64,000 nucleotides of DNA from the NCBI GenBank assembly GCA_038231275.1, contig JBBRLQ010000030.1:34872-98871 (forward strand). The letters are read 5' to 3'. The DNA comes from Polyangiales bacterium. Lineage in GTDB: Bacteria > Myxococcota_A > Polyangia > Polyangiales > Polyangiaceae. The translations under genes and the position numbers were made by a program. Each line of letters starts with the position of its first letter. Position 1 is the stretch's first letter. The notes beneath the pieces were generated by a model. It was given only the letters and a program-made list of their open reading frames with translations, was not told where the DNA came from and ran no database searches. Positions 39,441 through 50,417 of this stretch are shown piece by piece.

Positions 39441-40065
39441 TCAACCGCTGCGCTTTGCCATGCGCGCGACAGCGCGACGGACGTCGTCTCCCTCTACTGG
39501 CGCGCTGACCGGATCGGCCGGGCCGACGAGGATCTGAAGCGCGCGAACGGTCGTGCGCGCCTCGCGCGTAAGGGCCGCGTCGTTGGTCTTCTCGGCCGCG
39601 GCCAGCAGGCGTCGCCACGTCGCGAGCTGCGCCGGCGCCTTGCCCTCCTCGCCGAACCACCCCGCGAGCTCCCGCATCGCAGTCTTGTCGTCCGTCCCCT
39701 CGACGTACGCCCAAAGATCACGCTCTGCCTCGTCACGAAAGCCGAGCTGCCAGCGCGCGCGCCCGTCCTGCGAGCGCCGGACGGAGCCCGGGGACGTGCT
39801 CCATCGCTACCGAGTACACCCGTTCCGCCTCACGCGCGTCGCCACGCCTCGCGCGCAACTCCCCGAGGCCGAGGTACGCGTCCGCGAGCGTGGGATCCAG
39901 AGACAGCGCTTCGGTGTACCGGCGCAGCGCGAGCTCTTCCTTGTGCGCCGCGTCATGCGCGCGCGCCTCGCGGACGAGCTCCTCTGCGCTCGACGCCGCC
40001 GCCACGTGTGGCGACGCGACGGTGACGAGCACCGCGAGCGCAAGGAGAGAATGCAGCGAACGCAC
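39441..40065 (-). pseudogene. Exported TPR protein split by a frameshift (real, or a sequencing error)
   Basis: Frame 1 (GTG 40065): signal peptide and TPRs up to ...ALAGRARA. Another frame continues WQLGFRDEAERDLWAYV...MAKRSG to 39441. The junction is a (GC)5 tract at 39753-39762. Confidence 0.75.
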
Positions 40066-40115
40066 TCCGTCCAGTCTAGCGGGGAATCGCCCCGAGCGGG
40101 AGCGACCCCCGACCG

Positions 40116-41966
40116 CTAGTCGACGGACTGGCTGTCCTCGATGGCTTCGGAGCGGCGTGGGCGCATGTTGGTCTTCAGGATCTGCTTTCGCACGCGGATC
40201 GCGTCGGGGGTCACTTCGACCAGCTCGTCCGCGTCGATCCACTCCATCGCGGTCTCGATGGTGAGGACGCGCGGCACGTCGAGGACGGTGTTCTCGTCCT
40301 TTCCGTGGTTGCGGACGTTGGTGAGCTTCTTCTCTTTGATCGCGTTGACGTCGGTGTCGTTCGGCCGGTTGTGCTCGCCGACGATCATCCCCTCGTAGAC
40401 CGGTGCGCCGGGCGCGAGGAAGAAGCTCCCGCGCGGCTGCAGGTGGAAGAGCGCGTACGGGGTCGTGACGCCGGCGCGATCGGAGACGATGGCGCCGTTC
40501 GGACGCTTCATCATCATGCCGCCCCACGGCTCCCAGCCGTCGAACATCGCGTTCAGGAGGCCGGTGCCGCGGGTCGCGGTGAGGAACTCTCCGCGGAAGC
40601 CGATGAGGCCGCGGCTCGGCACGCGGTACTCGAGGCGCGCGCGGCCGTAGCCGGGGTTGCTCATCTTGACCATGCGCCCCTTGCGCTCGCCGAGGCGCTC
40701 GGTGACGACGCCGATGAAGCTGTCCGGCACGTCGACGACGACGAGCTCGAACGGCTCGCACGTCTGCCCGTCCTCGACCTTCAGGACCACCTCGGGGTTG
40801 CCGAGCTGCATCTCGTACCCCTCGCGGCGCATCGTCTCGACGAGGATCGCGAGCTGGAGCTCTCCGCGGCCGAGGAGCGTGAACGTGTCCGGCGAGTCGC
40901 TCTCCTCGAGGCGAATGGCGAGGTTTCGGCGCGTCTCGCGCACGAGGCGCTCGCGGAGCTGGCGGCTCGTCAAGAACTTCGACTGCTTGCACTTGCCGGC
41001 GAACGGCGATGTGTTGACGCCGATCTTCATCTTGATCGTCGGCTGCTCGACGTGGATGCGCGGCAGCGCCCGGGTCTCCCAACCCGGGGCCTGATCGACG
41101 ATCGTGTCGCCGACATAGACGTCCTCGATGCCCGCGATCGCGACGAGCTCGCCTGCGGTCGCCTCTGGGGTGGGCGTGCGCTTCAGGCCCTCGAACGTCG
41201 ACAGAACCTTGATGGTCCCCTTGATGGTGGTCCCGTCCTTGAGGACGCCGACCTGCTGGTTCGACCGCACGGTTCCGTTCACGATGCGCCCGACCGCGAG
41301 GCGGCCGACGTAATCGTCGTGATCGAGGTTGTTGATGAGGATCTGGAGGGGCCCTGTCGGGTCGCCCTTCGGCGGCGGCACCTTCTCGAGGATCAGATCG
41401 AAGAGCGGCGCGAGATCCTTCGCCTCGTCCGCGAGGTTCCTCTTCGCGAGGCCGAGCTTTCCGATGGCGTAGACGACCGGAAAGTCGATGACCTGCTCGT
41501 CGGCGGCGCCGAGATCGCAGAACAGATCGAAGATCTCGGAGTGGACGTCGTCGGGCCGCGAGTCGGAGCGGTCGATCTTGTTGATGACGACGATGACGGG
41601 GAAGCCGAGCTCGAGGCACTTCCGGAGCACGAAGCGCGTCTGCGGGAGGGGGCCCTCCGCGGCGTCGACGAGCAGGAGCGCGCCGTCGGCCATGAGGAGC
41701 GTGCGCTCGACCTCACCGCCGAAGTCGGCGTGGCCGGGGGTGTCGACCACGTTGATCTTCGTGCCCTTCCACCGGACGCTGGTGTTCTTGGCGAGGATCG
41801 TGATGCCGCGCTCGCGCTCGAGATCGTTCGAGTCCATGACGCGATCGACCATCGTCTCGTTCTCGCGGAACGTGCCGGCCTGCCGGAGCATGTGGTCGAC
41901 GAGCGTGGTCTTGCCGTGGTCGACGTGTGCCACGATCGCGATGTTGCGGAGAGCCAAGGTAGCCAT
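40116..41966 (-). CDS. typA: Translational GTPase TypA/BipA
   Basis: [71 protein letters not shown]. Confidence 0.98.
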   Translation of the reverse strand: MATLALRNIAIVAHVDHGKTTLVDHMLRQAGTFRENETMVDRVMDSNDLERERGITILAKNTSVRWKGTKINVVDTPGHADFGGEVERTLLMADGALLLVDAAEGPLPQTRFVLRKCLELGFPVIVVINKIDRSDSRPDDVHSEIFDLFCDLGAADEQVIDFPVVYAIGKLGLAKRNLADEAKDLAPLFDLILEKVPPPKGDPTGPLQILINNLDHDDYVGRLAVGRIVNGTVRSNQQVGVLKDGTTIKGTIKVLSTFEGLKRTPTPEATAGELVAIAGIEDVYVGDTIVDQAPGWETRALPRIHVEQPTIKMKIGVNTSPFAGKCKQSKFLTSRQLRERLVRETRRNLAIRLEESDSPDTFTLLGRGELQLAILVETMRREGYEMQLGNPEVVLKVEDGQTCEPFELVVVDVPDSFIGVVTERLGERKGRMVKMSNPGYGRARLEYRVPSRGLIGFRGEFLTATRGTGLLNAMFDGWEPWGGMMMKRPNGAIVSDRAGVTTPYALFHLQPRGSFFLAPGAPVYEGMIVGEHNRPNDTDVNAIKEKKLTNVRNHGKDENTVLDVPRVLTIETAMEWIDADELVEVTPDAIRVRKQILKTNMRPRRSEAIEDSQSVD

Positions 41967-42182
41967 AATTCCGTAAATTCTCGCTTTTTCCCCTGATGGT
42001 GCGAGGGCTCTTTAGCCTCTGGGGGCGCTCCGTGCAAGCGCGGCGACGCGGCGCGGCGTAACGACGCCAGCAGGACGGCTCCTGTCGAATGAGGCACGCG
42101 ACCGCGGACGAGCGCAGCCACGGGCGGCGTTAAGGTAGCGTCGCCCCGCCCGACCTCCGCTCTCCGCTGCTCACGAGGTTCC

Positions 42183-45100
42183 ATGACCGCTCCCGTCGAT
42201 CCGTCGCCCGCCCGTCGTCACCGCCTGCCGCGCCGCGTCGCGCCGCTCGCCCTCTTCGGCATCTGCGCCGTCCTCAGCTGCATGCAGGGCGAGCGGGCGC
42301 CGTCGGTCGCGCCCACGCGGACGCTCGCCATCGGGACCGATCCGGCGGCGCGGCCGGCGGCGGGGGAGTTCGGTGTCGTCTTCTCGGGCCCGCGCGGCGA
42401 GGTCACGGACCCCAGCGAGGTCACCATCGTCTGGAACCGCCCGATGCGTCCGCTCGATCTCGCCGGAGACGAGGCGGCGCCGCCGGCGAGCATCACGATC
42501 GTGGGCGCTGGCGCCGACAAGGAGAAGGCGACGCCCAAAGGGCAGTGGCGCTGGATGGGCACGAGCGCGCTGGCGTTCTTCCCCGATCCGCACCTGCCGC
42601 GCGCGTCGGAGTACGAGGTGAAGGTGCCGGTCGGGACGCGCGCGCTCGGCGGCGAGGTCATGGCGAAGGAGCACGCGTTCCGCTTCACGACCCCCGGTCC
42701 GCGCCTCGTTCGCCTCGAGCCGTACGAAGGCTCGGGCGATCTGACGCCGACGACCGCGTTCGAGCTGCGCTTCAACCAGCCGATGGATCCGAAGGAGATC
42801 GAGCGCGCGACGCGCATCGAGATCGGCGACGGGAAGAATCCTCGCAAGGTCGCCGTGCGCGCGTCGCGACCGAAGTCCGACGTGCCGACCTTGGTGAAGG
42901 TCACTGCCGCGTCGCCATTGCCGCTCGACGCGGCGGTCGCGCTCGTCGTCGGAAAGACCCTCCGCGGGATCGAAGGTCCGCGCACCCTCGGCGAGGACGA
43001 TCGCCGCGCGTACCGCACGTACGGACCCCTCACCGTCCGCGGCATCGAGTGCTCCAACGACACGCCCAAGAAGCGCTGCGCCGCGCGTGGCGGCGTCCGC
43101 GTCGATCTGTCGAACCGTGTAAGCTACAAGGAATTTCGCGCCCACGCGCGCATCGAAGGGGCGCCGCTCGACTGGAGCGCGTCGCGTTCGGACGAGAGCG
43201 CGCAGACGAGCTACTACCTGCCGGCCCGCATGTCCCCGGCGCGCAGCTACAGGCTCGTCGTCACCGCGGGAATGAAGGACGCGCACGGACAGCTCCTCGC
43301 GCAGGACGCCAGCTTCCCGATTGACACCGACGACGAGTGGCCGGAGGTGCAGCTCGGGCTCGAGGGGGGCATCTTCGAGGCCGCGGCGGGGCGACCGCGC
43401 GACGTGCCGGTCGGCACCATGAACGTCGCGAGCTACGATCTCGTGACCGCGCCGCTCGACGAGGGATCGCTGGTGGAGCTGCTCCACGGCAAGCGGCGCT
43501 GGCAGGGCGTCGAGTACGACGGCGTCCACGCGCTCAAGTCGGCCAAGATCGAGACTGTGCGCCCGGGCGGCGCGAAGAACCAGCTCGTGACCCGCAAGAT
43601 CGCGCTCGATCAAGTGCTCGCGGGTCAGAAGGGGCGCGGCGCCGCCGCGATCGGCGTGCGGCACGACGGAACGAGCCGCGGCGCCTTCACCGACGCGCGC
43701 GTCGTGACCGTCACCGACGTCGGGATCAGCGCAAAAATGAGCCGATTCGGCAGCGTCGTGTGGGCGACGCGCCTGTCCGACGGCAAGCCCATCGCCGGCG
43801 CGAAGGTGTCCGTCCGCGGCGCCAACGCGCGCGAAGAGTTCGTCGGGAAGACCGACGCGCAGGGGCTCTGCACCATCGCGGCGAGCGATTACGCGCCCGT
43901 CCAGCCGAGCGGCTCGGTCGACGAGCAGGCGATCCTCTTCGTGCGCGACGGCGACGACTGGGCGTACCGCGCCGTCAGCGAGATGGTCTCGGCGTACCGC
44001 TACAGCGACGGCAACATGAGCACCGACATCGGCGGCGAGCTTCGCCCGTTCGGGATGGTCTTCACCGATCGCGGCGTGTACCGGCCCGGCGAGACGGTCC
44101 GCGCGAAGGCGCTCTTCCGCGTGCCGCTCGAGAAGGGGACGCGCACGCCGAAGGGCGAGGAGTACGTCGTCGAGGCGTACGACAGCCAGGAAAATAAGGT
44201 GTTCGAGCATCGCGGGCAGCTCGGCGCGTTCGGCGAGCTCACGGTGGACGTGCCGGTGCCGGCGAGCACGCGCCTCGGCCAGCTCGAGATCCGCGCGGAG
44301 CTCGGCGGCGCACACACGAGCGCGCGCGGCGGCGTCGCGTCGCAGTCGGTCTTGCTCGCCGCGTACAAGGCGGCCGAGTTCAAGGTCGCCGTCGAGCCCG
44401 AGCGGCCGACCTACGTGCGCGGCGAGAAGGCGGCGATCGCGGTCCACGGCGACTACCTCTTCGGCGCGCCGATGGGCGGCGGCAAGGTCCGCTACACGGT
44501 CACGCGCGGGCCCGGATACTTCCAGCTCCCTGGCGCCGAGGGGCTCGTCACCGACGACGACGCCTACGCGTTCGGCATCCCCGACGGAAGCAGCCGCGCG
44601 GGGCAAATGCAGGCCGGCGACGGCGCGCTCGACGCGAAGGGGACCTACGGCGCGAGCGTCGACCTGAAGCTCCCGAACCAGCGCGGGACCGAGGTCGTCG
44701 CCGTCGAGGCGGAGGTCGAAGACGTCGCGCGCCAGACGATCGCCGGGCGATCGAGCGTGATCGTGCACCCCGGAGACTTCTACGTCGCGATGCGTCCGCC
44801 CAAGGATCTCTTCGTCGCGAAGGGGGCTGCCCTCCGCCCCGAGCTCCTCGCCATCGAACCGGGCGGGAAAAAGCGGGCCGGCGTGAAGGTGCAAGTCGAG
44901 CTCCTCTCGCGCTCGTGGAACACGGTCGTCGAGGCGAGCGGCGAGTCGCACACGCGCTACGATTCGCGTCCCGTCGACAAGAAGGTCGGCGGCTGCGAGG
45001 TCACGACGACCGAGGCTGCGGCAGCGTGCGACGTCAAGGTCGAGAACGCCGGCTACTTCCTCCTCCGCGCCACCGCGAAGGACGCGCGCGGCAACGTCGT

Positions 45101-47969
45101 CGGCGCGAGCACCGCGGTCTACGCCACCAGTGACGGCGCCGAGGTCGGCTGGTCGATGAGCGACGCCGCGCGCGTTGAGCTCGTCCCCGACAAGAAGAGC
45201 TACGAGCCCGGCGACACCGCGAAGGTTCTCGTGAAGAGCCCGTTCCGCGAGGCGGAGGCCCTCATCACCGTCGAGCGGCACGGGATCTACCGGCAGGAGC
45301 GGAGGAAGCTCGTCGGCTCGATGCCGACGCTGAGCATCCCGATCGGCGACGATTTGCGTCCCAACGCGTTCGTCTCGGTGCACCTCGTCCGCGGCCGCAC
45401 GCAGGCCCAGCCTGTGAAGGGTCAGGACATCGGCGCGCCTGCGTTCCGCCTCGGCTACGCGCAGCTCCGCGTGAACCCGGAGTCGCGCCGCCTCAAGGTC
45501 GCTGTCTCGCCGACCAAGAAGGACCTTCGCCCCGGCGACGAGCTCGACGTCGATCTCGCGGTGACCGATCGCACCGGCAAGCCCACGCGCGCCGAGGTGA
45601 CGTTTTACGCGGTCGACGAGGGCGTCCTCATGCTCACCGGGTACAAGACGCCGGACCCGATCCCGACCTTCACTGCGCCTCGGCCGCTCGCCGTCTTCGC
45701 GATCGAGAGCCGCGAGGATCTCGCCAAGATCCGTGCGTTCGTCGGCGCCCTGGGCGGCGACAAGGGAATGGACGGAGGAGGCGGGGGGGCCTCGGTGCGC
45801 GAGGATTTCCGGGCCACCGCGCATTTTCAATCCGTCGTCACCGCGGACAACGGAAAGGCGCGCGTCCACTTCAAGCTCCCCGACAGCGTGACGACGTACC
45901 GGCTCATGGCCGTCGTCGCCGCCGAAGACGATCGCTTCGGGTTCGGAGAGTCGCAGATCGTCACGAGCCGGCCCCTGATGGCGCGTCCCGCCCTCCCGCG
46001 GTTCCTCCGCGCGGGCGATGCGATGGAGGCCGGCGTCGTCCTTTCGTCCAAGGGAATGCCGGCCACCGAGGTCGACGTGACGCTCACCGCCGAGGGGGCG
46101 GATCTCGGCGGCGCGGCCACGAAGGTCGTCGCGCTGCCAGCGAACGGGAGCGTGGAGGTGCGTTGGGCGATCGCGACGCCGAACGTCGGCCACGCGACGT
46201 TCACGTGGAAGGCGCGGGCACGGGGAGGCGCCGGCGCCGACGACGTGCGCGTCACGCGCGAAGTGCAGGTGCCGATGTCGCCCGAAGCGGTCGCGCTCTA
46301 CGGCGCGACGAGCGACGCGGTCGCGGAGAAGCTCGGCGACCTGTCCCAGCTGCGCCCGGATGTCGGCGGCCTCGATGTACGCGTCGCGTCGACCGCGCTC
46401 GTGGGGCTCGACGACGGAATGGAGCAGCTCATAAAATATCCGTACGGCTGCACCGAGCAGCTCACGAGCCGCCTCGTGCCGCTGCTTCCCTTGCGCCAGC
46501 TCGCGCAGGACTTTGGCCTCGCGCTGCCCAAGGACATCGACGGCACCGTCTCGGTCACCGTCGGCAAGATCCTCGAGCGGCAGCTCTCCGATGGGAGCTT
46601 CGGGTGGTGGCCCAACGCGGTGCGCGGCGATGCGTGGATCACCGCGTACGCCCTCTGGGGGGTCTCGATCGCCAAGAATTATGGGCAAATCGTGCCGGAC
46701 GCGGCCACGGCGAACGCGGTGCGCTACCTGCGAGGCTCCCTCGCGCGGAGCCGCGACGACGCGTTCACCAATTCGGTCGACGCCTTCATCGTCGACGTCC
46801 TCGCGATCGCGGGCTCGCCGGATGCCGGGTACACGACGCGTCTCTACGAACGTCGTGACAAGCTACCGCTCTTCGCGCGCGCTCTCCTCGCGCACGCCAT
46901 GGCGACCGCGAAGATGCGCCCCGAGGAGGCGAAGGAGCTGGTGCGCGACATGGATGCGCACCTTCGCGTGACGCCGACCGGCGCCACCGTCGTGGAGAAC
47001 CTCGGCGACGCCTACGCGCCGATCATGGACTCCGAGGCGCGCACGACCGCGATGGTCATCCGCGCGTACGCGGCGATCGATCCGCACCACCCGCTCCAGG
47101 CGCGTCTCGCGAAGGGGCTCCTTGGAATGCGCGATCACGGGACGTGGCGGTCGACACAAGAGACCGCGTGGGCGCTGCTCGCGCTCGACGACTACAAGCG
47201 GACGCAGGAGGGGAAGGTTCCCGACTTCGACGCGCGCGTCTTCATGGGCGAGTCGATGGTCGCGGAGATCCCGTTCCACGGTCGCTCGCTCACGGCGAAG
47301 AGTCAGAGCTTCCCGATCGACAAGCTCCTCGGCGGGGGTGCGGGTGGCTCGGCGGTCGCGATGCAGGTGAAGGGCACCGGGAAGCTCTTTTACGAAGCGC
47401 GCCTCCGCTACGCGAAGAAGGAGCTGCCGGCGGCGGGCCTCGACCGCGGCTTCTTCGTCCGCAAGGTGATCCGGAGCGTTCGTCCCGAAGGGCTCTCCGA
47501 CGCGATGAGAACGGTCCCGTCCACCAGCGCGTCCTTCGCGACGGCCGGCGATCTGGTGCTGGTCGATCTCCTCGTGGTGACGCCGGACCCGCGCGAGCAC
47601 GTGGTCGTGGACGATCCGCTCCCGGCGGGGCTCGAGCCTGTACAGACGGAGCTGGCGACGACCGCGCGCTCGCTCGACGTCACCGGGGCGGGCGGGGAAG
47701 GGGACGCGGCCGACGACGACGCCTCCAGCGACGACGCGCGGGCCAACGGGGGGGCCACCACCTTCGCGTGGTACCACCGCGAGGTCCGTGACGACCGCGT
47801 GCTCACGTTCGTGCCGCACATGCCGGCGGGGGTCTTCCACTACCGGTACCTCGCGCGCGCGACGACGCACGGTACGTTCGTGGTCCCGCCGACACGTGCA
47901 GAGTGCATGTACGAGCCCGAGACGTTCGGTCGCACCGGCGCGGCGCGCTTCGAGGTGAAGGCGCGATGA
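42183..47969 (+). CDS. Bacterial alpha-2-macroglobulin lipoprotein
   Basis: Lipobox VLSC; FTDRGVYRPGE, AVDEGVL, REDFRAT, LPDSVTTYR, thioester motif YPYGCTEQ, WRSTQE, DPLPAGLE, MYEPE. Confidence 0.95.
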   Translation: MTAPVDPSPARRHRLPRRVAPLALFGICAVLSCMQGERAPSVAPTRTLAIGTDPAARPAAGEFGVVFSGPRGEVTDPSEVTIVWNRPMRPLDLAGDEAAPPASITIVGAGADKEKATPKGQWRWMGTSALAFFPDPHLPRASEYEVKVPVGTRALGGEVMAKEHAFRFTTPGPRLVRLEPYEGSGDLTPTTAFELRFNQPMDPKEIERATRIEIGDGKNPRKVAVRASRPKSDVPTLVKVTAASPLPLDAAVALVVGKTLRGIEGPRTLGEDDRRAYRTYGPLTVRGIECSNDTPKKRCAARGGVRVDLSNRVSYKEFRAHARIEGAPLDWSASRSDESAQTSYYLPARMSPARSYRLVVTAGMKDAHGQLLAQDASFPIDTDDEWPEVQLGLEGGIFEAAAGRPRDVPVGTMNVASYDLVTAPLDEGSLVELLHGKRRWQGVEYDGVHALKSAKIETVRPGGAKNQLVTRKIALDQVLAGQKGRGAAAIGVRHDGTSRGAFTDARVVTVTDVGISAKMSRFGSVVWATRLSDGKPIAGAKVSVRGANAREEFVGKTDAQGLCTIAASDYAPVQPSGSVDEQAILFVRDGDDWAYRAVSEMVSAYRYSDGNMSTDIGGELRPFGMVFTDRGVYRPGETVRAKALFRVPLEKGTRTPKGEEYVVEAYDSQENKVFEHRGQLGAFGELTVDVPVPASTRLGQLEIRAELGGAHTSARGGVASQSVLLAAYKAAEFKVAVEPERPTYVRGEKAAIAVHGDYLFGAPMGGGKVRYTVTRGPGYFQLPGAEGLVTDDDAYAFGIPDGSSRAGQMQAGDGALDAKGTYGASVDLKLPNQRGTEVVAVEAEVEDVARQTIAGRSSVIVHPGDFYVAMRPPKDLFVAKGAALRPELLAIEPGGKKRAGVKVQVELLSRSWNTVVEASGESHTRYDSRPVDKKVGGCEVTTTEAAAACDVKVENAGYFLLRATAKDARGNVVGASTAVYATSDGAEVGWSMSDAARVELVPDKKSYEPGDTAKVLVKSPFREAEALITVERHGIYRQERRKLVGSMPTLSIPIGDDLRPNAFVSVHLVRGRTQAQPVKGQDIGAPAFRLGYAQLRVNPESRRLKVAVSPTKKDLRPGDELDVDLAVTDRTGKPTRAEVTFYAVDEGVLMLTGYKTPDPIPTFTAPRPLAVFAIESREDLAKIRAFVGALGGDKGMDGGGGGASVREDFRATAHFQSVVTADNGKARVHFKLPDSVTTYRLMAVVAAEDDRFGFGESQIVTSRPLMARPALPRFLRAGDAMEAGVVLSSKGMPATEVDVTLTAEGADLGGAATKVVALPANGSVEVRWAIATPNVGHATFTWKARARGGAGADDVRVTREVQVPMSPEAVALYGATSDAVAEKLGDLSQLRPDVGGLDVRVASTALVGLDDGMEQLIKYPYGCTEQLTSRLVPLLPLRQLAQDFGLALPKDIDGTVSVTVGKILERQLSDGSFGWWPNAVRGDAWITAYALWGVSIAKNYGQIVPDAATANAVRYLRGSLARSRDDAFTNSVDAFIVDVLAIAGSPDAGYTTRLYERRDKLPLFARALLAHAMATAKMRPEEAKELVRDMDAHLRVTPTGATVVENLGDAYAPIMDSEARTTAMVIRAYAAIDPHHPLQARLAKGLLGMRDHGTWRSTQETAWALLALDDYKRTQEGKVPDFDARVFMGESMVAEIPFHGRSLTAKSQSFPIDKLLGGGAGGSAVAMQVKGTGKLFYEARLRYAKKELPAAGLDRGFFVRKVIRSVRPEGLSDAMRTVPSTSASFATAGDLVLVDLLVVTPDPREHVVVDDPLPAGLEPVQTELATTARSLDVTGAGGEGDAADDDASSDDARANGGATTFAWYHREVRDDRVLTFVPHMPAGVFHYRYLARATTHGTFVVPPTRAECMYEPETFGRTGAARFEVKAR

Positions 47970-50383
47970 GCCGCGAGAGGCTCCGCCGCGTCGTGCGCGT
48001 CGTCGCGGGGCTCGTCCTCGCGCCGGTGCTCGCGCTTGTCGTCGCCGCGATCCTGACGCCGCTGCCCGGCGAGCTCGGCGAGGACCGCACGAGCGGCGCA
48101 CGAGGGTCGATCCGCGTCCTTGATCGCGACGGCGCTCTGCTTCGGGAGATCCGCGCAGACGACGCGACACGGACGCGACCGGTGACCCTGGCGGAGATCG
48201 GCCCCACCGCGGCGCGGGCGATGCTGGCCGCCGAGGACGCGCGCTTCTTCTCACACCCGGGCGTCGACCCGCTCGCCGTGGCCCGCGCCGCCGGGAGCGA
48301 TCTCTGGCATCGGCGCGTCGTCTCGGGCGCCTCCACGGTGACGATGCAGCTCGCGCGCCTCGTGCGGCCTCATCGGCGAGACCTCCGCGGCAAGCTCGGC
48401 GAGGCCGCACTCGCGATGCGGATCGAGGTGTCGCTCTCGAAGGACGAGGTCCTCGAGCAGTACATGAACCGCGCTCCGTTCGGCGCGGGCGTGCGCGGAA
48501 TCGACGCGGCGTCGCGGTACTACTTCGACAAGCCGCCCGCCAAGCTCTCCCTCGCCGAGGCGGCGACGCTCGCTGCGGTGCCACGCGGCCCGCACGTCTA
48601 CGATCTGAAGCGTCACCCGGAGCGGGCCCTCGCGCGTCGAAACCGCATCCTCGATCGGATGCTCGCGCAGCGCTGGATCGCGAAGGACGAGCGCGATCGC
48701 GCGGCTGCCGAGCCGCTTACGCTCCATGTCGAGCGCGGGACGTTCGGGGCGCCGCACCTGGTGCAGGCGCTTCGGGACGGGCGGTTGCCCAACGGCCGCG
48801 GCGGTCCGCTGGACGGGCGCGGCGCGGTCCTCACGACCACGCTCGTGCGCGAGCTCCAGGGCGAGGCCGAGCACGCGACCCGCCTCGCGCTCGCGCCTCT
48901 CGCCGGTCGCCAGGTGACCGCCGCGAGCGTCGTCGTGATCGCGAACGCGACGGGCGAGGTGCTCGCCTACGTGGGCTCGCCGGATTTCGAGGACGCCGCG
49001 CATTTCGGGCAGAACGATGGGGCCCGCGCGCGACGGCAGCCAGGCTCGACGCTGAAGCCGTTCGTCTACGGCCTCGCGATGGAGCGAAACGGCACCGACG
49101 CCGCCACGGTCCTGCCCGACGTGGAGCTGCGGCTCGATCTGCCCGGCGGCACCTACGCGCCCGCCAACTACGACGAGCGCTTCCACGGTCCGGTCCGCCT
49201 GCGCGAGGCGCTCGCCAACTCGCTCAACGTGCCCGCGGTGTGGACGGCGCACGACGTGGGGGAGGCTCTGGTGGTGGAGCGCCTGCGCGCGCTCGGCTTC
49301 GCGTCGCTCTCCGAGGACGCGGAGCACTACGGCCCCGGCATCGCGCTCGGCGACGGCGAGGTGACGCTCCTCGAGCTCGCGAACGCGTACGCGACGCTCG
49401 CGCGCCGCGGCGTGTGGAGGCCACTCCGCTACGTCGCCGACGATCAAGAGACGGCCGCCGTCGCGCCGCTCCGGGTAATGCCCGAGGCCGTCGCCGACGT
49501 CGTCACCGACATTCTCCGCGACAAGGCCGCACGCGTCGGATCGTTCGGCGATCGGTCCGCGCTTGATCTTCCGTTCGATGTCGCCGCGAAGACCGGTACG
49601 AGCAAGGGGTTCCGCGACAACTGGACGGTCGGGTACACGCGCGAGGTTACGGTGGCCGTGTGGGCCGGCAATTTCGACGGCTCGCCGATGGAGGGCGTGA
49701 GCGGCATCACGGGCGCCGCCCCGATCTTCCACGCGGTCATGGAAGCCGCCGCCCGGTACGCGCCGCCAACATCGTTGCGCATGGACGGCGATCGCGCCGA
49801 GCACGATCACCTCGAAGAAGTCGAGGTCTGCGCGCTCTCCGGCGGCGCGCCGACGCGCGCCTGCGCGGGCCACGTCGTGAAGGAGTGGTTGCCGGCCGGC
49901 GCGCCGTTGCGAAATGCGTGCACCATGCACGAGATCGTGGACGTCGACGCGCGAAACGGCCTCCGCGCTGGCGTCGGCTGCCCGTCCGAGCACGTCGTTC
50001 GGCGCGCGTTCGAGCGCTTCGACGGCCCGTACGCCGCCTGGGCCGCCGGCGCCCATCGCACCACCGCGCCCGACGCGTTCTCGCCCCTCTGTCCCGCAAA
50101 GGGTGGGGCCTCGAGCGCTCCTCTTCGCATCGGCTACCCGCGCGATGGCGCGCGGTTCCTCCTCGACCCCGGGAGGCCGCGCGCCCAACAGATCGTCTCC
50201 GTTCGCGTCGAAGCGCCGGACGGCGCGGCGGGGCTCGTCGCGCTCAAGGTCGACGGTCGCGTCGTCGCCCGCGCGCCTTCGCCTTACGTTGTCGGCTGGA
50301 CGCTGGAGCCCGGCGCCCACGAGATGATCGCAGAGGCCGAAGGACGTTCCGCGAGCGCGAAAATCCACGTGCGCGTCGACTGA
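47966..50383 (+). CDS. pbpC: Penicillin-binding protein 1C
   Basis: Transglycosylase AEDARF, SGASTVTMQLAR; transpeptidase GSTLKP, SLN, KTGTS; ATGA overlap with the A2M gene. Confidence 0.95.
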   Translation: MSRERLRRVVRVVAGLVLAPVLALVVAAILTPLPGELGEDRTSGARGSIRVLDRDGALLREIRADDATRTRPVTLAEIGPTAARAMLAAEDARFFSHPGVDPLAVARAAGSDLWHRRVVSGASTVTMQLARLVRPHRRDLRGKLGEAALAMRIEVSLSKDEVLEQYMNRAPFGAGVRGIDAASRYYFDKPPAKLSLAEAATLAAVPRGPHVYDLKRHPERALARRNRILDRMLAQRWIAKDERDRAAAEPLTLHVERGTFGAPHLVQALRDGRLPNGRGGPLDGRGAVLTTTLVRELQGEAEHATRLALAPLAGRQVTAASVVVIANATGEVLAYVGSPDFEDAAHFGQNDGARARRQPGSTLKPFVYGLAMERNGTDAATVLPDVELRLDLPGGTYAPANYDERFHGPVRLREALANSLNVPAVWTAHDVGEALVVERLRALGFASLSEDAEHYGPGIALGDGEVTLLELANAYATLARRGVWRPLRYVADDQETAAVAPLRVMPEAVADVVTDILRDKAARVGSFGDRSALDLPFDVAAKTGTSKGFRDNWTVGYTREVTVAVWAGNFDGSPMEGVSGITGAAPIFHAVMEAAARYAPPTSLRMDGDRAEHDHLEEVEVCALSGGAPTRACAGHVVKEWLPAGAPLRNACTMHEIVDVDARNGLRAGVGCPSEHVVRRAFERFDGPYAAWAAGAHRTTAPDAFSPLCPAKGGASSAPLRIGYPRDGARFLLDPGRPRAQQIVSVRVEAPDGAAGLVALKVDGRVVARAPSPYVVGWTLEPGAHEMIAEAEGRSASAKIHVRVD

Positions 50384-50417
50384 CGCGCGAAGGCTCGATG
50401 GGCGCGGTGACGCCCGA

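Noticed and set aside
39733..39735. TGA read-through (selenocysteine) in the TPR gene
   Set aside because: The protein-like continuation is in a different frame, so a frameshift explains it
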